A stretch of DNA of 64,000 bases, from the NCBI GenBank assembly GCA_900548005.1, contig URIZ01000002.1, positions 13,488-77,487 of the forward strand, given 5' to 3'. The translations under genes and the position numbers were made by a program. This DNA is from an uncultured Eubacteriales bacterium. Lineage in GTDB: Bacteria > Bacillota > Clostridia > Christensenellales > CAG-917. How positions within the stretch are numbered: the stretch's first letter is position 1; each line of letters opens with the position of its first letter. This document shows positions 61,856 to 64,000 of this stretch, in pieces. A model generated the notes under the pieces. The model was given only the letters and a program-made list of their open reading frames with translations, did no database searches and was not told the DNA's origin.

Positions 61856-63133
61856 TCATTCGACGCCCGCTACGCTGACGTTTTCAAATTTTGCCGCATA
61901 AGGTCCTTCATAGCCTGCGGATACGTATCTGTCTTGTGAGAAGACGACGTTTTGTTGCGCTTCTATGAGATTACCGTTGACCGAGCCGCCGGTAACCGGG
62001 GTGATTTTGCCGTCTTTGACGAGATATGCAAGTCTTATTTCGCCGCCGAAATGTCCCGACATTGCGTCCGTTTGGAAATCGGAGAACGTAACTGCAACAA
62101 GACAAGGTTTCTTTTTCATATCTTCAAACGATTCGCTTCCTTGATTGTCGCATCTGGTCTTTGAAAAGTTGCCCGTAGGTTTTAGACCGAGATAGCGGCA
62201 AAACGGCGTGCTTCCGTGAATCGCGGTGAGTTTGCCGTCTTTTATGATTTGCAAATCTTTCATTCTGATGCCGTCAGAGTTGAACGGGGCTGTTGCAACG
62301 AGCGTCAAATCCACTTTGTCTTTCTTTGCGTCGTTTTGTACGTCGTCGCCGATGTTCCAAGACGAATAATGCGGATAAATCATATCCGCCGCCGATTTTT
62401 CGGTGTAATACGTCATTATTTCGGCAAGATTGTCCGCACAAATAACAACGTCGTATTTTCCGCTCTTCAACGTCTTTTTAGCGCGCGCTCTGTCGTATGC
62501 GTAATCGAGATATTGCTTCACGCCTTCCTTTATCGCGTCAACGTTTACGTCGTCGTATTGATATTGATTGATAAGTTCGACGTCTTCGGGCTCTTTGCAT
62601 TGAACGACATAGTCGCCTTTGCACACTGCATCGGTGAATGACACGTCCGTGCCGTTTGAAGACACCACACGCTTGAAGTATCTGTGGCAGAACACTTCGG
62701 TTGAATTGATATACGCGTGCTCGTTTGTGTCGGCAGAGAAGATTGCCGCCGCCATTTTGCCGGCACTTTCCGCAAGCGGTTTTTCGGTGAGTTCGTTCTT
62801 TTTGCAAACACATTCGGACGTTTCCTTTTCGGGATCGTCGTAGTCGGGATTCATAGCAAATTGCGCGGCGTAGTACGCGCTTTCTATTTCCGCCTTTATT
62901 TCTTGTTCGGTCATAGACGCAATGACGTTTGCGCCCATACTGCCAGAGAGTTTTTTGCCGTCTTTTTCGCTTTCGCGTACGACGGTCACGACAAATTTGT
63001 GCGTGTCTTTTATTCTTCTCGTGTCAAGTTGATGCTTGACGAAGAAAAGTTCGGCGGATTCTTCTTTTACTTCGTTTATTCTCCAACGGTTTATACCGCA
63101 TTCGGAGAGAATTTTCTTTATTTTTTCAATCAT
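61856..63133 (-). CDS. pmbA: PmbA/TldE-type metallopeptidase modulator (TldD/PmbA family)
   Basis: 425 aa, TldD/PmbA family architecture without an HExxxH motif. Immediately downstream of tldD. Confidence 0.78.
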   Translation of the reverse strand: MIEKIKKILSECGINRWRINEVKEESAELFFVKHQLDTRRIKDTHKFVVTVVRESEKDGKKLSGSMGANVIASMTEQEIKAEIESAYYAAQFAMNPDYDDPEKETSECVCKKNELTEKPLAESAGKMAAAIFSADTNEHAYINSTEVFCHRYFKRVVSSNGTDVSFTDAVCKGDYVVQCKEPEDVELINQYQYDDVNVDAIKEGVKQYLDYAYDRARAKKTLKSGKYDVVICADNLAEIMTYYTEKSAADMIYPHYSSWNIGDDVQNDAKKDKVDLTLVATAPFNSDGIRMKDLQIIKDGKLTAIHGSTPFCRYLGLKPTGNFSKTRCDNQGSESFEDMKKKPCLVAVTFSDFQTDAMSGHFGGEIRLAYLVKDGKITPVTGGSVNGNLIEAQQNVVFSQDRYVSAGYEGPYAAKFENVSVAGVE

Positions 63134-63144
63134 ATCAGTGCTCC

Positions 63145-64000
63145 TTATCCAAGTCTTATGCGAGCCTTCATATACGGGCCGCCGTCAGAGACTTTCACCC
63201 ATTCTTTGTAGCCTTTTCCGCAATAGCCGCCGCCGCAGGTGACGAGTTGTCCGCTCATCATTGACACCGATTTGAGAAGGTCGGGAACGTATCCCGTGAG
63301 AACGATAGGTGAGAAGATTTTTCCTGTGAGTTTGCCGTCTTTTATTTCTCTTGCCGTGGTTACCATGCATTGAATACCCCAGTTTTTCGGGTCTTCCATG
63401 CCGCTTGACGGAGATTCGAGCAGGAAGCCGTATTTGATTGACGCAATCATTTCGTTAAGAGTGACGTTTTGTGCCGCGCCTTCGAAATACGTGTTGGTCA
63501 TTCTCGTATACACTTTGCGCTCGTAACTTTCACGTCTGCCGTTGCCCGTCGGTTTTACGCCGAGTCTTGCAGCGGAGAGTGCGTCGCACATACCTTTTTT
63601 GAGAATACCGCCGTTTATAACGACCGTGTCGCTCGTTAGCGTTCCTTCGTCGTCGAACCACATCGTTGCAGAGTCGTCAACCGCGTTGCCGTCGTGCATA
63701 GTCACAAGATCGCTTGCGACTCTTTCATCGATAAAGGACGCGGCAAGTGCTCTGTCTTTGACGAACATATCCATTTCCACGCCGTGCCCGAACGCTTCGT
63801 GAACAATCATACCCGTGGTGTCGGGATCGCAAATGCAGTCGTATTCGCCGGGGATCATCTGTTCGCTAGAAAGAAGTTCGATAGCCTTGTTTGCGACTTC
63901 GGTTGCAAATTCTTCCATTCTGTCGAGAATTTCCGCTCCGCCGAGTTGAGAGAACCCTTTATACGCGTCTTTGACTTCTTCGCCGCGAAGCGCAAGCGCA
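63145..64000 (-). CDS. tldD: TldD metallopeptidase (C-terminal part; the gene continues beyond the right window edge)
   Basis: HEAFGHGVEMD (HExxxH) and a conserved C-terminal GGYCGKG segment. The frame stays open upstream of the first in-window Met at 63918. Confidence 0.82.
   Translation of the reverse strand, partial: ALALRGEEVKDAYKGFSQLGGAEILDRMEEFATEVANKAIELLSSEQMIPGEYDCICDPDTTGMIVHEAFGHGVEMDMFVKDRALAASFIDERVASDLVTMHDGNAVDDSATMWFDDEGTLTSDTVVINGGILKKGMCDALSAARLGVKPTGNGRRESYERKVYTRMTNTYFEGAAQNVTLNEMIASIKYGFLLESPSSGMEDPKNWGIQCMVTTAREIKDGKLTGKIFSPIVLTGYVPDLLKSVSMMSGQLVTCGGGYCGKGYKEWVKVSDGGPYMKARIRLG

Noticed and set aside
1-64000. Search for defence, mobile or toxin systems (restriction-modification, CBASS, retron, Abi, transposase, integrase, prophage genes)
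   Set aside because: No ORF in the six-frame track shows the hallmark motifs: no DDE/HUH transposase, tyrosine or serine recombinase, reverse transcriptase YxDD, cyclase, or large ATPase/nuclease pairs. The only accessory-looking protein module is the XRE mini-island, reported separately.

Overview
This 64-kb window looks like conserved core chromosome of a spore-forming Firmicute, probably Clostridia-like (rpsT-gpr, ylbJ, murI, DegV, pta-ackA). About 58 protein genes are supportable, and most are housekeeping genes in Bacillus-like order. They include: overlapping alr / 5-formyl-THF cyclo-ligase / fused rsmD-coaD; a 2-hydroxyacid dehydrogenase; mgtC; folD; an OYE-type flavin reductase; split aconitase-X; an aminotransferase; an ArsB/NhaD-type permease; degV; a surface-protein trio (beta-propeller/SH3 protein, HhH+WG-repeat protein, S8 peptidase); rpsT-gpr; murI; a divergent EF-G paralogue; an ABC-2 exporter; ileS; two RNA-modification enzymes; ylbJ-tmcAL; pta-ackA; rpmF; plsX-rnc-smc-(gap)-ftsY; ylxM-ffh-rpsP-KH-rimM-trmD-rbgA-rnhB-yraN-rplS; a CBM+GT-C membrane protein; a small XRE module; thyA-folA; a GH2 hydrolase; a phosphoesterase; and pmbA/tldD. 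RNA genes are one tRNA-Gly(CCC) and a Bacillus-type large SRP RNA. I found no transposase, integrase, reverse transcriptase, CRISPR array or recognisable defence gene, so I cannot point to a protein-encoded novel system. The most unusual content is non-coding. A family of hairpin-rich mosaic repeats fills three gene-free gaps (25.8-26.7 kb, 46.3-47.0 kb, 56.7-56.8 kb). One ~228-bp member lies directly upstream of both the SRP RNA gene and ftsY, with its central 88 bp in opposite orientation in the two copies, and several hairpin stems covary between copies. Other points worth a second look: an EF-G paralogue lacking the catalytic His and the NKxD lysine, an in-frame RsmD-CoaD fusion, clustered ACAC-N5-GTGT palindromes upstream of the ABC operon, and an AT-rich XRE mini-island bracketed by near-identical hairpins. 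All family assignments come from motif recognition by eye. No searches or folding were run.
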